Assembly (NCBI GenBank): GCA_964618805.1
Contig: CAZUBM010000016.1
Coordinates: forward strand, 1-48,445
Reading direction: 5' to 3'
Origin: an uncultured Nitrososphaerota archaeon
GTDB taxonomy: Archaea; Korarchaeota; Korarchaeia; Korarchaeales; Korarchaeaceae
DNA: 48,445 nucleotides
Shown: positions 27,602-36,920 of the stretch, in pieces
Position numbering within the stretch: position 1 is the stretch's first letter
Layout of the letters: every line of letters begins with the position of its first letter
Program-made: the position numbers and the translations under genes
Notes under the pieces: model-generated
The model's input: only the letters and a program-made list of their open reading frames with translations
What the model was told of the DNA's origin: nothing
Databases searched by the model: none

Positions 27602-29506
27602 GTGACCAGGTATAAGGGATATGCTGGAAAGTACCTGAGGGTTGATCTAACCTCAGGGAAGATAAAGGTAGAGGACCTAGAGGATTCTCTTTGTGAGAAT
27701 TACGTTGGAGGACTTGGTTTTGCGACCAGGATATTGTGGGATGAGGTTAATGAGAGGACCGATCCCCTAGGACCGGAAAACAGGATCGTATTCTCCACTG
27801 GTCCAGTAACTGGAACCCTATTTCCAGCTGCTGGAAGGTATCAGGTTAACTCTAAGTCCCCTCTCACAGGCATATGGGGACATGCTAATTCAGGGGGATC
27901 CTTCGGACCTGAGCTTAAGTATGCAGGCTATGACATGATAATAATAAGCGGAAGGAGCGATAAGCCGGTATACTTGTGGATAGACGATGATTACGTTGAG
28001 CTAAAGGATGCATCTCACCTTTGGGGAAAGACAACCCACGAGACTACAGATGCTATTAGGGAGGAGCTTGAAGATGAAACATATAAGGTCGCATGCATAG
28101 GGCCAGCAGGAGAGAACCTAGTGAGGTTTGCATGCATAATAAACGACTACGGAGATGCTGCAGGAAGGACAGGAATGGGAGCAGTAATGGGGAGCAAGAG
28201 GCTAAAGGCAATAGCTGTTAGGGGGAGCAAGGAGATCCAAGTTCATGATCCAGATGCCTTCCTCGAAGTGGTTGATGAAGCATACAGGAAGCTCTTGGTT
28301 GAATGGGGATATCATCTCTCCGTTACCTTGACGAGGTATGGAACCCCCAACTTAGTTGAAGCCATAAACTCCATCGGCAGGATGCCGGTAAAGAACCACT
28401 GGACTGGGTATTGGGAGAAGGCTGATAAAATAGGAGGGGTTAGGATAAGAAGGGAGTATAGGTCTAAGCAAGGAAGCTGCTTTGGATGTCTTGTTCAATG
28501 CAAGTACATGGTAAGAGTCCCTTCAGGGAAGTACGCTGGAGCTTATAAGGGTCCTGAGTATGAGGCCATAGTCTCTCTAGGTTCCTGCTGCTTAGTGGAT
28601 GATCTAGAAGCGATATTTGAGGCAAATCATCTTTGTGATCTTTATGGGATGGATTCGATATCGATGGGTATGACAATAGCATGGGCAATGGAGTGCTACG
28701 AAAAGGGGTTGATAACAGAGGAAGATACCGGAGGAATCCCAATAAAATGGGGAGATGGGGAACTTGTAGTAGATCTAGTTAAGAAAACCGCATTTAGGGA
28801 TGGATTTGGAAATATCCTGGCTGAAGGAACACGTAGGGCTTCTGAAATCATAGGAAGAGGGACTGAAAAATATGCAATGCAGGTAAAGGGCCTTGAGATC
28901 TCGGCTCAAGATGGAAGAGCCCATCAATCATCTGGCCTTACCCATGCAACAGCAGCCAGAGGAGCAGATCACCTTACCTCCCTCTCCTGCTTAGAAGAGA
29001 GAGGATATGAGAAGGTTGCAGCTTCTAGATATGGAGAAGATAAGGTTCAGCACTTGATAGATCCTCTATCAACAAAGTATAAGGGAATTCTGGTCAAGGA
29101 CCTCGAGGACCTTTATGCGATTGGAAACTCCCTTATAATATGTTGGTACGAAGTAGGATGGCCTCCTGTTTTCTACTTCGATGACATGGCAAGGCTTATA
29201 CATACGCTAACGGGAATGGAGCAATACAAGGAAGTTCGAACTCTCAGATTAGCTGCTGAGAGGATATGCACCCTGCGCAGGATGTTTAACGTAAGAGAGG
29301 GGATAAGGAGGAAGGACGACACCTTGCCAGAGAGATTTACGAAGGAGCCAATGCCATCAGGACCAGCAAAGGGCAACGTATGTCGTTTAGACGAGATGCT
29401 TGATGAATACTACGAGGCAAGAGGATGCGACAAGAGAACAGGAATTCCTACCGATGAAACTTTGAGAAGACTCGGATTGGGCGATTTAGCCGGGAAGTAT
29501 AGGTAG
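27602..29506 (+). CDS. aor: Tungsten-dependent aldehyde:ferredoxin oxidoreductase family enzyme (module 1)
   Basis: KSPLTG, GRTGMGAVMGSK.LKAI, CxxCxxxC, GPEYE, D..GMD, RGADHL and DDTLPERF motifs. Confidence 0.93.
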   Translation: MTRYKGYAGKYLRVDLTSGKIKVEDLEDSLCENYVGGLGFATRILWDEVNERTDPLGPENRIVFSTGPVTGTLFPAAGRYQVNSKSPLTGIWGHANSGGSFGPELKYAGYDMIIISGRSDKPVYLWIDDDYVELKDASHLWGKTTHETTDAIREELEDETYKVACIGPAGENLVRFACIINDYGDAAGRTGMGAVMGSKRLKAIAVRGSKEIQVHDPDAFLEVVDEAYRKLLVEWGYHLSVTLTRYGTPNLVEAINSIGRMPVKNHWTGYWEKADKIGGVRIRREYRSKQGSCFGCLVQCKYMVRVPSGKYAGAYKGPEYEAIVSLGSCCLVDDLEAIFEANHLCDLYGMDSISMGMTIAWAMECYEKGLITEEDTGGIPIKWGDGELVVDLVKKTAFRDGFGNILAEGTRRASEIIGRGTEKYAMQVKGLEISAQDGRAHQSSGLTHATAARGADHLTSLSCLEERGYEKVAASRYGEDKVQHLIDPLSTKYKGILVKDLEDLYAIGNSLIICWYEVGWPPVFYFDDMARLIHTLTGMEQYKEVRTLRLAAERICTLRRMFNVREGIRRKDDTLPERFTKEPMPSGPAKGNVCRLDEMLDEYYEARGCDKRTGIPTDETLRRLGLGDLAGKYR

Positions 29507-29585
29507 CTTTATCTTAGCCTCGATGAGAGCTTAGCGGCAAAGTCAAATGATTTATGTGAGAAATAAGCTGCTTTAGAAGAATTGC

Positions 29586-30392
29586 TCAAGAAATGAGCTT
29601 AGTAAATAGGAAGCAAGGGGCCCAAAGGGCTACTGGTATCGTAACTCCAGGAAAGGGAGATCTCCTTCTGAGAAGCATGTTCAAAGTTATCAGGATGCCA
29701 GAGTTCAGGGAAGTTAGAGGCAGCAAAGCTAAGGGAAAACCTACAGTTCTAATGGAAAATGATGTTGCAAGGGAATAAATTAGAAGATCTCCTATACCTA
29801 ATCCAATTTCTTGCTGAGTTACGAAGAAAGGGCTCAGAACCTCTATTTTAAGTTCAAGGGTGTCGAGTATCTTTCTTAGAGGCCCTTTAAACACTGAATA
29901 GGCATCATAAGCGGCCAAAAAGATGAGCAAAAACCCTATAAAGGCCTCAGGGAAAGTAGACACTATTATATGTGAAATTGATGCAGAAAGAAACACCTTG
30001 ACAAAATTTCCAACTACGCCTGGCCTTTTCCACAATGAGACAAGGATTATGGAGACAAGAAAGGAGATCAAGCTGTTGTATTTTAGCCAATAAAGAACTT
30101 GATTTAGGGATAACATTGAACTTGCGAAGAGAGATGCTAGAAAGATCGCTTGAAGGAACTTTATTAGATTCTTCCTCAATAAATAGAGGATTAAATAGGC
30201 ACCAGCTAGCACAGAGGCGACATAAATTAAAGATAGGCCTGCAGACTCTTTAGTTGTGAGCTGTAATATGGGAGAGGGTTTTGTGACCAGCACTAAGATA
30301 GCTCCATATGCCTGAGCTAGAAATGGCCATATTAAGATCAATTTTCCTTTACTTCGAATGTCATCAGTCATTTGGTCCTCTTCTGTCCCCAT
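29586..30392 (-). CDS. Presenilin/SPP-like GxGD intramembrane aspartyl protease (A22)
   Basis: YDAYSVFKGPLR and GLGIGDLLIYS catalytic motifs in TM helices. PGV occupies the PAL position. Confidence 0.85.
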   Translation of the reverse strand: MGTEEDQMTDDIRSKGKLILIWPFLAQAYGAILVLVTKPSPILQLTTKESAGLSLIYVASVLAGAYLILYLLRKNLIKFLQAIFLASLFASSMLSLNQVLYWLKYNSLISFLVSIILVSLWKRPGVVGNFVKVFLSASISHIIVSTFPEAFIGFLLIFLAAYDAYSVFKGPLRKILDTLELKIEVLSPFFVTQQEIGLGIGDLLIYSLATSFSIRTVGFPLALLPLTSLNSGILITLNMLLRRRSPFPGVTIPVALWAPCFLFTKLIS

Positions 30393-30624
30393 AACAGGCT
30401 CAACTTATCCAATGTTGGAGAAATATTAGTATCGCGTGTTTCATTAGTTTCAAGTAGGGATCGATTTGGTTTCTGCTGACATAGAAGTAGAGAGTTGAGG
30501 GAATACGCAGGCATTTAGTTCAATTAAAGCATTGTATTCATCTTATTTTCCTAAATCCCACTTATATCACTTGCAAACAGGTCTATAGCAGTAAATTTCC
30601 TTTCGACACCTAGGGAAAGAAACT

Positions 30625-30636
30625 TAAGTCAGATTA
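30625..30636 (+). promoter_or_regulatory. Candidate operator TAAGTCAGATTA upstream of the preA-like operon
   Basis: Identical to the site upstream of ssnA, at near-identical spacing. Confidence 0.5.
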
Positions 30637-30762
30637 CCAACGTGAAGAGAGAAAGGAAGTAATGTATGAAAGATAAAAAGAAATCATGAAACCTATTGTA
30701 AGGAGACAACTAAGGCTTCAGATTAAATCCTTAGATATTTATGGTGGTTAAAAGGTGTCCTT

Positions 30763-31965
30763 ATGACCTTTCCGGATCTATCTGTTGAGGTTGCTGGAAT
30801 AAAATTCAGAAACCCCGTTCTTACCGCAGCAGGTCCTCCAAGCAGAGATGGGGAGGCTCTAAAGGCAGCTGCAAGGGGAGGAGCTGGCGGGCTTGTAGCG
30901 AAGACCATTAGTGTGAAGCCAGCTAAGGTTCCAAGGCCCTGTATGATCGTCGTAGACAGAGGAAAGACTCAATTCTACGCAAGGCTGGTGCTTGAGAACA
31001 GGGTAGTCACGACGGCTACTAGCTACGTCATCATACCAAGAGGCATGTTAAACGCTGAACTTTGGTCCGATCTTCCATACGAAAGGTGGTTGGAGAGGGA
31101 ATACGCAATAGCAAAGGAAACAGGTCTTCCTCTCATAGCAAGCATAGGTTATACCGCTGAAGACCTGTCCTTCCTTGGCCCGAAGGTTGAGAAAGCTGGA
31201 GTTGATGGAATAGAGTTCTCCCTTCACTATGTGGGAGTTGACTACAGACCCATACTAGAGATAGCTAAGGCCTTAAGGGAGGCCGTTGATATCCCCATAT
31301 TTCCGAAGTTAAGCCCTCACATCATAAACCTTCAGGAATTTGCTAAAGAGCTTGAGAAGATTGGAGTTGATGGAATAGTAGCCGTTAACTCGTTAGGACC
31401 ATGCCTTTCCATAGATGTAGAGACTGGTAAGCCGCTATTAGGAGGGAAAGGGGGTTTTGGATGGCTCTCTGGACCTGCCATCAAGCCTTTAGGCATAAGG
31501 GTCGTTGCTGAGGTAGCAAAGGTCGTTAAAATCCCTGTTATAGGGGTAGGCGGGGTCATGAACGGCTTGGACGCAATAGAGTACTTCATGGCTGGAGCAT
31601 CGGCCGTACAAATTTGCACAGGTGCCATCTTAGAAGGACCTACCATATATGGCAGGGTTGCGAGGGAGATAGGAGAATGGCTGAAATCTCATGGATATGA
31701 TTCCGTTGAGGACATCAGAGGAATTGCCCTGAAGCATCTCCCAGAAGAGCCTCTCAGGTTCCACAGCGTTCCTCCAAAGGTTGATGAGAAGCTATGCAAA
31801 CTTTGCGGCCTTTGCGAGAAATCCTGCATATATAATGCTATAAAACTCCCTAAAGACACTAGTGGCATGAAAAGGCCTCCCGTAGTGGATACGGAGAAGT
31901 GTTACGGGTGTGGTACTTGTGTTTCGATATGCCCAACAAGGGCTTTGAGTTTTGAGGAGGTGTAA
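30763..31965 (+). CDS. PreA/dihydroorotate-dehydrogenase-family FMN enzyme with C-terminal 2x[4Fe-4S]; atypical active site
   Basis: NPV..AAGP, GLVAKT, PKLSP, AVNS, LSGPAIKP, IGVGG and GASAVQ motifs plus two CxxCxxCxxxC groups. EFSLHY replaces the usual ELNxSCP. Confidence 0.88.
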   Translation: MTFPDLSVEVAGIKFRNPVLTAAGPPSRDGEALKAAARGGAGGLVAKTISVKPAKVPRPCMIVVDRGKTQFYARLVLENRVVTTATSYVIIPRGMLNAELWSDLPYERWLEREYAIAKETGLPLIASIGYTAEDLSFLGPKVEKAGVDGIEFSLHYVGVDYRPILEIAKALREAVDIPIFPKLSPHIINLQEFAKELEKIGVDGIVAVNSLGPCLSIDVETGKPLLGGKGGFGWLSGPAIKPLGIRVVAEVAKVVKIPVIGVGGVMNGLDAIEYFMAGASAVQICTGAILEGPTIYGRVAREIGEWLKSHGYDSVEDIRGIALKHLPEEPLRFHSVPPKVDEKLCKLCGLCEKSCIYNAIKLPKDTSGMKRPPVVDTEKCYGCGTCVSICPTRALSFEEV

Positions 31966-31972
31966 TGTGAGA

Positions 31973-32461
31973 ATGGGAAAGTTAATCCTTGTGAACCCTG
32001 ATTTGTGTACTGGTTGTAGACTGTGCGAATTGGCTTGTTCTCTTCATCATTACAAAGAGATTGCTCCAAGCAGGTCGAGAATCAATGTAATTAAGTGGGA
32101 TGCAAGGGCGATAGATGTTCCAGTCCTATGTTTGCAATGTTACAACCCTGTCTGCGCGACAGCTTGTCCTACAAAAGCAATTTATAGGGACAACGAGCAA
32201 GATCTAGTGGTAATTGACAAAGATAAGTGCATAGAGTGCAAATCATGCATGTATGCGTGTCCTATTGGTGGAATAACCGTGGATCCTGTCGGAGGGGAGG
32301 TCATAAAGTGCGATCTATGCGGAGGAGATCCTCAGTGCGTTGCTTTTTGTCCAACTGGAGCCCTAGAGTTCGTTGAAGCTGGCAGAATGGCTTTGCGCAA
32401 GAGGAGGGTTGCTGCAACCAAGATGTCTAAGGTAATAGATGTCCTGATGGGAGGAAGGTAG
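31973..32461 (+). CDS. 4x[4Fe-4S] electron-transfer subunit of AOR module 2
   Basis: Paralog of 27104-27601 with four Cys clusters; preceded by GGAGGTG. Confidence 0.92.
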   Translation: MGKLILVNPDLCTGCRLCELACSLHHYKEIAPSRSRINVIKWDARAIDVPVLCLQCYNPVCATACPTKAIYRDNEQDLVVIDKDKCIECKSCMYACPIGGITVDPVGGEVIKCDLCGGDPQCVAFCPTGALEFVEAGRMALRKRRVAATKMSKVIDVLMGGR

Positions 32462-32464
32462 CCC

Positions 32465-34387
32465 TTGGCCTTTCCTCTAAAGGGATACGTAGGGAAGATG
32501 CTTTGGGTTGACTTAACACAGAAGAAGGTGAGAGATGTCCCACTTCCGAAGAGATATGTATTGGATTACATAGGAGGAACTGCTCTAGGAGGCCGCATAT
32601 TGTGGGATCACGTTGGCCCTCAGACCGATCCTCTATCACCTGAAAATCTGCTGCTTGTAGTAACTGGACCGGTAACAGGGACCATATGGCACACAAGTGG
32701 AAGAGGAGCCCTCGTGTCTAAGTCCCCTCTAACTGGGATATGGGCCGAGTCTCACTTCGGCGGGCATTTTGCCCCAGAACTCAAGTATGCAGGCTATGAT
32801 ATGATAATAATAAGTGGAAGGAGCGATAAGCCGGTATATCTTAAGGTTGAGGATGGGTGTGCTGAGATAAAGAGCGCAGAGAAGATGTGGGGCAAAGGCG
32901 TCTATAAAACGACTGAGTTAGTTAGAGAGGAGTTTGGAGATGAGGATGCAAAAATCCTCGCCATAGGGCAGGCAGGGGAGAACTTAGTTAGATATGCTGC
33001 AGTCATGTCGGCACCTTATGATGCTGCGGGAAGGACAGGAATGGGAGCAGTAATGGGGAGCAAGAGGCTGAAGGCAATTGCTGTCAGAGGTTTTGGATCC
33101 GTTAAAGTGGCAGACTCAGATGGGTTGATGGAATTCGCTAAGGAGGCAAAGAGGAGGATACTTGAAAGTGAGCACGCCATGCAGCAGAGGAAATATGGCA
33201 CCCCGATGCTCGTTGAGGTAAAACAGCAGATAGGAGAGTTACCCACAAAGAACCACTGGAACGGAGTTTTCGACAAGTACGAAGAGATAGGCTCAGTTAG
33301 GCTTAGAGAAAGGTACTGGAAGGCAACAAAGGCTTGTAGTGCATGCTTCATAGCTTGCAAGAAGTTCTTCGGAGTTGAATCTGGCAGATTTGCAGGCATC
33401 ATTGCTGGTCATTTGGAATACGAGACTTTATACGCGTTTGGATCTAACCTCATGAATGGGGATGTCGAGTCCATAATCTACATAGATAGGCTATGCGATG
33501 ATTACGGCCTGGACACAATTTCAGCAGGGGCATCCATAGCCTTCTTGATGGAGTGCTATGAGAAGGGATTAGTTTCTAAAGAGCAAGTGGATGGCTTAGA
33601 CCTTAGCTGGGGTAACGTCGATGCTATTATCGAGCTGATCCATAAGATTGTAAGAAGAGAGGGCATTGGAAACCTTTTGGCTGAAGGAGTTAAGAGAGCG
33701 GCAGTTAGAATAGGGAAAGGAGCTGAGAAGTACGCAATTCATGTTAAGGGTCTTGAAGTCTCCGGGCAAGATGGCAGGGCACATAGGTCTGCAGGACTTA
33801 CTCATGCAACTGCTGCAAGAGGCGCTGATCATCTTAGATCCCTCGTAACAGTAGACCAGCTAGGATATGAGGATGTTGCTGCGGAGAGATTTGGTCCAGA
33901 TAAACTTCCTGGAATCTGCGATGGACAGAGCGAGGAGTACAAGGCTCTTGCTGTAAAAGTAATTGAGGACGTCTACGCGGTGAGGGATGCAATGATAGTT
34001 TGCTGGTACTCGGTTTCTTGGCCTCCAGTCTTCTGGATAGATGATTTCGCTAAGGTGCTAAAGCTCGTAACAGGTTACGAGGGGTTTGCTGATCCAAGGA
34101 AGCTAATGATCATGGGGGAGAGAATGGTAAATCTGAAGAGGGCCTTCAACGTCAGGGAGGGAATAAGGAGGAAGGACGACACCCTGCCAGAGAGATTTAC
34201 GAAGGAGCCAATGCCATCAGGACCAGCAAAGGGTCAGGTAGTAGATCTGGAGAGAATGCTTAACGAGTACTACCAGCTAAGGAACTGGGATCTAGAGACA
34301 GGAATCCCAAAGAGGGAGACCTTCGAGAGGCTTGATATGTTGGACATAGCTGAGGAGCTGGAGAGGTCCGGAGTTAAGCTCCCCTGA
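32465..34387 (+). CDS. aor: Tungsten-dependent aldehyde:ferredoxin oxidoreductase family enzyme (module 2)
   Basis: Same AOR motifs as module 1, except GHLEYE replaces GPEYE. Confidence 0.93.
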   Translation: MAFPLKGYVGKMLWVDLTQKKVRDVPLPKRYVLDYIGGTALGGRILWDHVGPQTDPLSPENLLLVVTGPVTGTIWHTSGRGALVSKSPLTGIWAESHFGGHFAPELKYAGYDMIIISGRSDKPVYLKVEDGCAEIKSAEKMWGKGVYKTTELVREEFGDEDAKILAIGQAGENLVRYAAVMSAPYDAAGRTGMGAVMGSKRLKAIAVRGFGSVKVADSDGLMEFAKEAKRRILESEHAMQQRKYGTPMLVEVKQQIGELPTKNHWNGVFDKYEEIGSVRLRERYWKATKACSACFIACKKFFGVESGRFAGIIAGHLEYETLYAFGSNLMNGDVESIIYIDRLCDDYGLDTISAGASIAFLMECYEKGLVSKEQVDGLDLSWGNVDAIIELIHKIVRREGIGNLLAEGVKRAAVRIGKGAEKYAIHVKGLEVSGQDGRAHRSAGLTHATAARGADHLRSLVTVDQLGYEDVAAERFGPDKLPGICDGQSEEYKALAVKVIEDVYAVRDAMIVCWYSVSWPPVFWIDDFAKVLKLVTGYEGFADPRKLMIMGERMVNLKRAFNVREGIRRKDDTLPERFTKEPMPSGPAKGQVVDLERMLNEYYQLRNWDLETGIPKRETFERLDMLDIAEELERSGVKLP

Positions 34388-34395
34388 AGGGTGTT

Positions 34396-35742
34396 TTGAT
34401 GGCAGCTGACCTTGTGGTGAAGGGAGGCAAGCTTGTAACCCCAGAAGGGATCATAGAGGCTGGAATTGCGATAAAAGACGGGAAAATAATGAATATAGCG
34501 AAGGAGACAGGGCTTCCTGAAGCTCAAAGGCTCATAAGGGTCGATGGGAGACTGGTGATGCCAGGAGTAATAGATGCCCATTCCCACATCCACGATCCCG
34601 ATTACACGTACAGGGAGGATTTTGAATCTGGGAGCAAGGCAGCCGCTGCCGGAGGGGTTACCATGCTCATAGACATGCCACTAGTCCTTACAGTTCTCTC
34701 CGACATGATAGAGAGGAAGAAAGAGGAGGGAGAAAGGCTTTCCGTCGTTGATTTCAGCTTCCACGCCGGGATGATGAGGCCTGAGTACATTGGCGAGATC
34801 CCTAAGGTTGTCGCCTTGGGGGTCAAGTCATTCAAGCTCTTCACGACACAACCCTTCAAGGTAGGCTGGAAAGGGGTTAAGGAGATCGTTCAGGCCGTTA
34901 CTAAGTCTCGGGGGATAACGGTAGTTCATGCTGAAGATGATTCCATAGTATCTGAGTGGGTGAAGAAGGTTAGGGACGAAGAGGGAAGGAAGGATGTGCT
35001 TGCACACTTCGATTCCCGTCCCGCTGAGGCAGAGGGAGAAGCCATTAGGAGGCTCATACACATAAGCGAGGAAACCGGAGGGCACATACACATAGCACAC
35101 ATGACCACAACCGTAGGAACAGTTTTGGTCAGGGACGCGAAGGAAAGGGGTATAAGCATAACAGCTGAGACTTGCCCTCAGTACTTGGTATTCACCAGAG
35201 ATGATGCTGAGAAACAGGGACCTTATTTGAAGATGACCCCTCCCCTCAGAACGAGGGACGACGTGATTTCACTTTGGAGGGGGCTTGCTGATGGAACGAT
35301 AGACATGGTGGTAACTGATCACGCTCCCGGAACTAGGGAGGAGAAGGAGGTTGGTTGGGAGGACATTTGGAAGGCTTGGGGAGGCATACCAGGGGTCGAA
35401 ACCCTTCTTCCCATCATGTTGAGTGAAGGAGTGAATAAGGGCAGGATAACTCCCATGAGATTGGTGGAGGCGATGTGCCGGAGACCTGCGGAGGTCTTCG
35501 GTCTCTATCCGAGGAAGGGAGCGTTGAAGGAGGGGTCTGATGGAGATCTAGTCATAGTGGACATGAAAAGGGAAGTTACAATTAGGGCAGAGAACCTTCA
35601 CTACAAGGTCGGATGGACACCCTATGAAGGCATGAAGGTAGTAGGTTTCCCCGAGATAACAGTTATAAGGGGAGAGGTTGTGGCCGAAGGCGGAGCAATC
35701 CTCAAAAAACCTGGATATGGGAAATTTGTCGAGATGACCTGA
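34396..35742 (+). CDS. Cyclic amidohydrolase (hydantoinase/dihydropyrimidinase/allantoinase family)
   Basis: DAHSH, AAAAGGVT..DMP, carbamylated Lys in SFKLF, VHAE, HIAH, ETCPQYL and TDHAP motifs. Confidence 0.92.
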   Translation: MMAADLVVKGGKLVTPEGIIEAGIAIKDGKIMNIAKETGLPEAQRLIRVDGRLVMPGVIDAHSHIHDPDYTYREDFESGSKAAAAGGVTMLIDMPLVLTVLSDMIERKKEEGERLSVVDFSFHAGMMRPEYIGEIPKVVALGVKSFKLFTTQPFKVGWKGVKEIVQAVTKSRGITVVHAEDDSIVSEWVKKVRDEEGRKDVLAHFDSRPAEAEGEAIRRLIHISEETGGHIHIAHMTTTVGTVLVRDAKERGISITAETCPQYLVFTRDDAEKQGPYLKMTPPLRTRDDVISLWRGLADGTIDMVVTDHAPGTREEKEVGWEDIWKAWGGIPGVETLLPIMLSEGVNKGRITPMRLVEAMCRRPAEVFGLYPRKGALKEGSDGDLVIVDMKREVTIRAENLHYKVGWTPYEGMKVVGFPEITVIRGEVVAEGGAILKKPGYGKFVEMT

Positions 35743-36240
35743 ATCCTTATAGTTAACGCTTTTCTCCAGGTCCAACGGTTATGGTTCTCACCTCAAGATT
35801 AATCTATCTTTTCGTTCCTCCTCGCTGATCAGATTTATGGACGTTTTATAGTGCAATTATAACCTTATTGGAACGAATCCCCCACCAATCGTTTCCAGAC
35901 CTGCAGATATAACTCCTTGAAGACATCGATGAAGTCAAGGACCGTAAAGGAACTCTTAGGTATGCCTTTGATCGTCTCCTCGATCTTCTCTTCTTCTAGA
36001 AGCGTCATAGGTTTCCATCCTTTTTGCATCCCTTTGATGCTGCTCAAATGGTTTTTGACGCATTTTATATTAGCATAACCCTCCAGAGCGTTATTGTTGC
36101 GAAATTTAGGAGGGATTGCCTTCATAATTTGACACCAGACGCCATTATTAAAAGCCACGCTAGAAAAGACATTAGCTTCTCGTAAGCCCGATATTATCCC
36201 TGTGTATCAATTCCCACCGATTATTAAAGGATAAAGGGGA

Positions 36241-36432
36241 ATAAAGGTATCCAAAGCTACGCTGGCTGAGTTGGAGGCATTTAAAGAAGCCATGAATGCA
36301 AAGAGCCTAGAAGAAGTGATAAGGTGGTTCCTAAAAGAAAGGCGCAAAAGATTGCTTGAGGAGGTTTTTGGAGTTGATAGGAACAGGGAAAAGCCGTTCA
36401 TGGAGGAAAACCGTGGTGAAGATCGTGGTTGA
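36241..36432 (+). pseudogene. vapB: VapB-type (RHH-like) antitoxin lacking a canonical start codon
   Basis: Hand translation: IKVSKATLAELEAFKEAMNAKSLEEVIRWFLKERRKRLLEEVFGVDR...GEDRG*. An in-frame TAA lies just upstream, and the ORF overlaps the PIN gene. Confidence 0.7.
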
Positions 36433-36655
36433 CTCCTGTGCTTGGGTAGAGCTCTTTATAGGAAGCGATAAGGGGGCTGTCATCAAGGAGAAGCTCAGCG
36501 ATGTCGAGGAAATCCTTACCCCCGACATAGTCCTAGCGGAATTGGCTAGAAAGTATAGAAGGGAGGGAGTTAACGACTAGATCGTTGCAGAGAGACTTTC
36601 AAGGATAGTCGACCTTTACGAGGAAAGAGAGGATTTTTCTGGCTTGGGGAGATAG
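36416..36655 (+). pseudogene. vapC: VapC/PIN toxin pseudogene
   Basis: MKIVVDSCAWVELF...TPDIVLAELARKY with a premature TAG at 36578-36580. The C-terminal catalytic half is missing. Confidence 0.8.
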
Positions 36656-36920
36656 CTGGACCTTCCAGCTTGGATTTTAGTGAAAAGGCTTCGTTGATGC
36701 GTTCAGGCATCGAAGTCCGTTAATCCCTTAAAAAGGTCCCATAGAGCTTCCTTTTACTTAGCTTAGAATCTAGACGGTAACACGCCTCAGGTTTCAGTTT
36801 ATTGCGTAACGATTGATGAGGCGTTCCTTAAATCGGCTAACCTCTCTATTTATACAAATTCTTCATAAGTGGTCTTTCGTTGCGTCTGAAGAATTGAAAG
36901 AAGGAAGGGTGGTCGGGGTT

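Noticed and set aside
35865-36158. 97-aa minus-strand ORF
   Set aside because: Only the last ~47 codons look protein-like and no family was recognised. It may be a fragment, but support is too weak to call.
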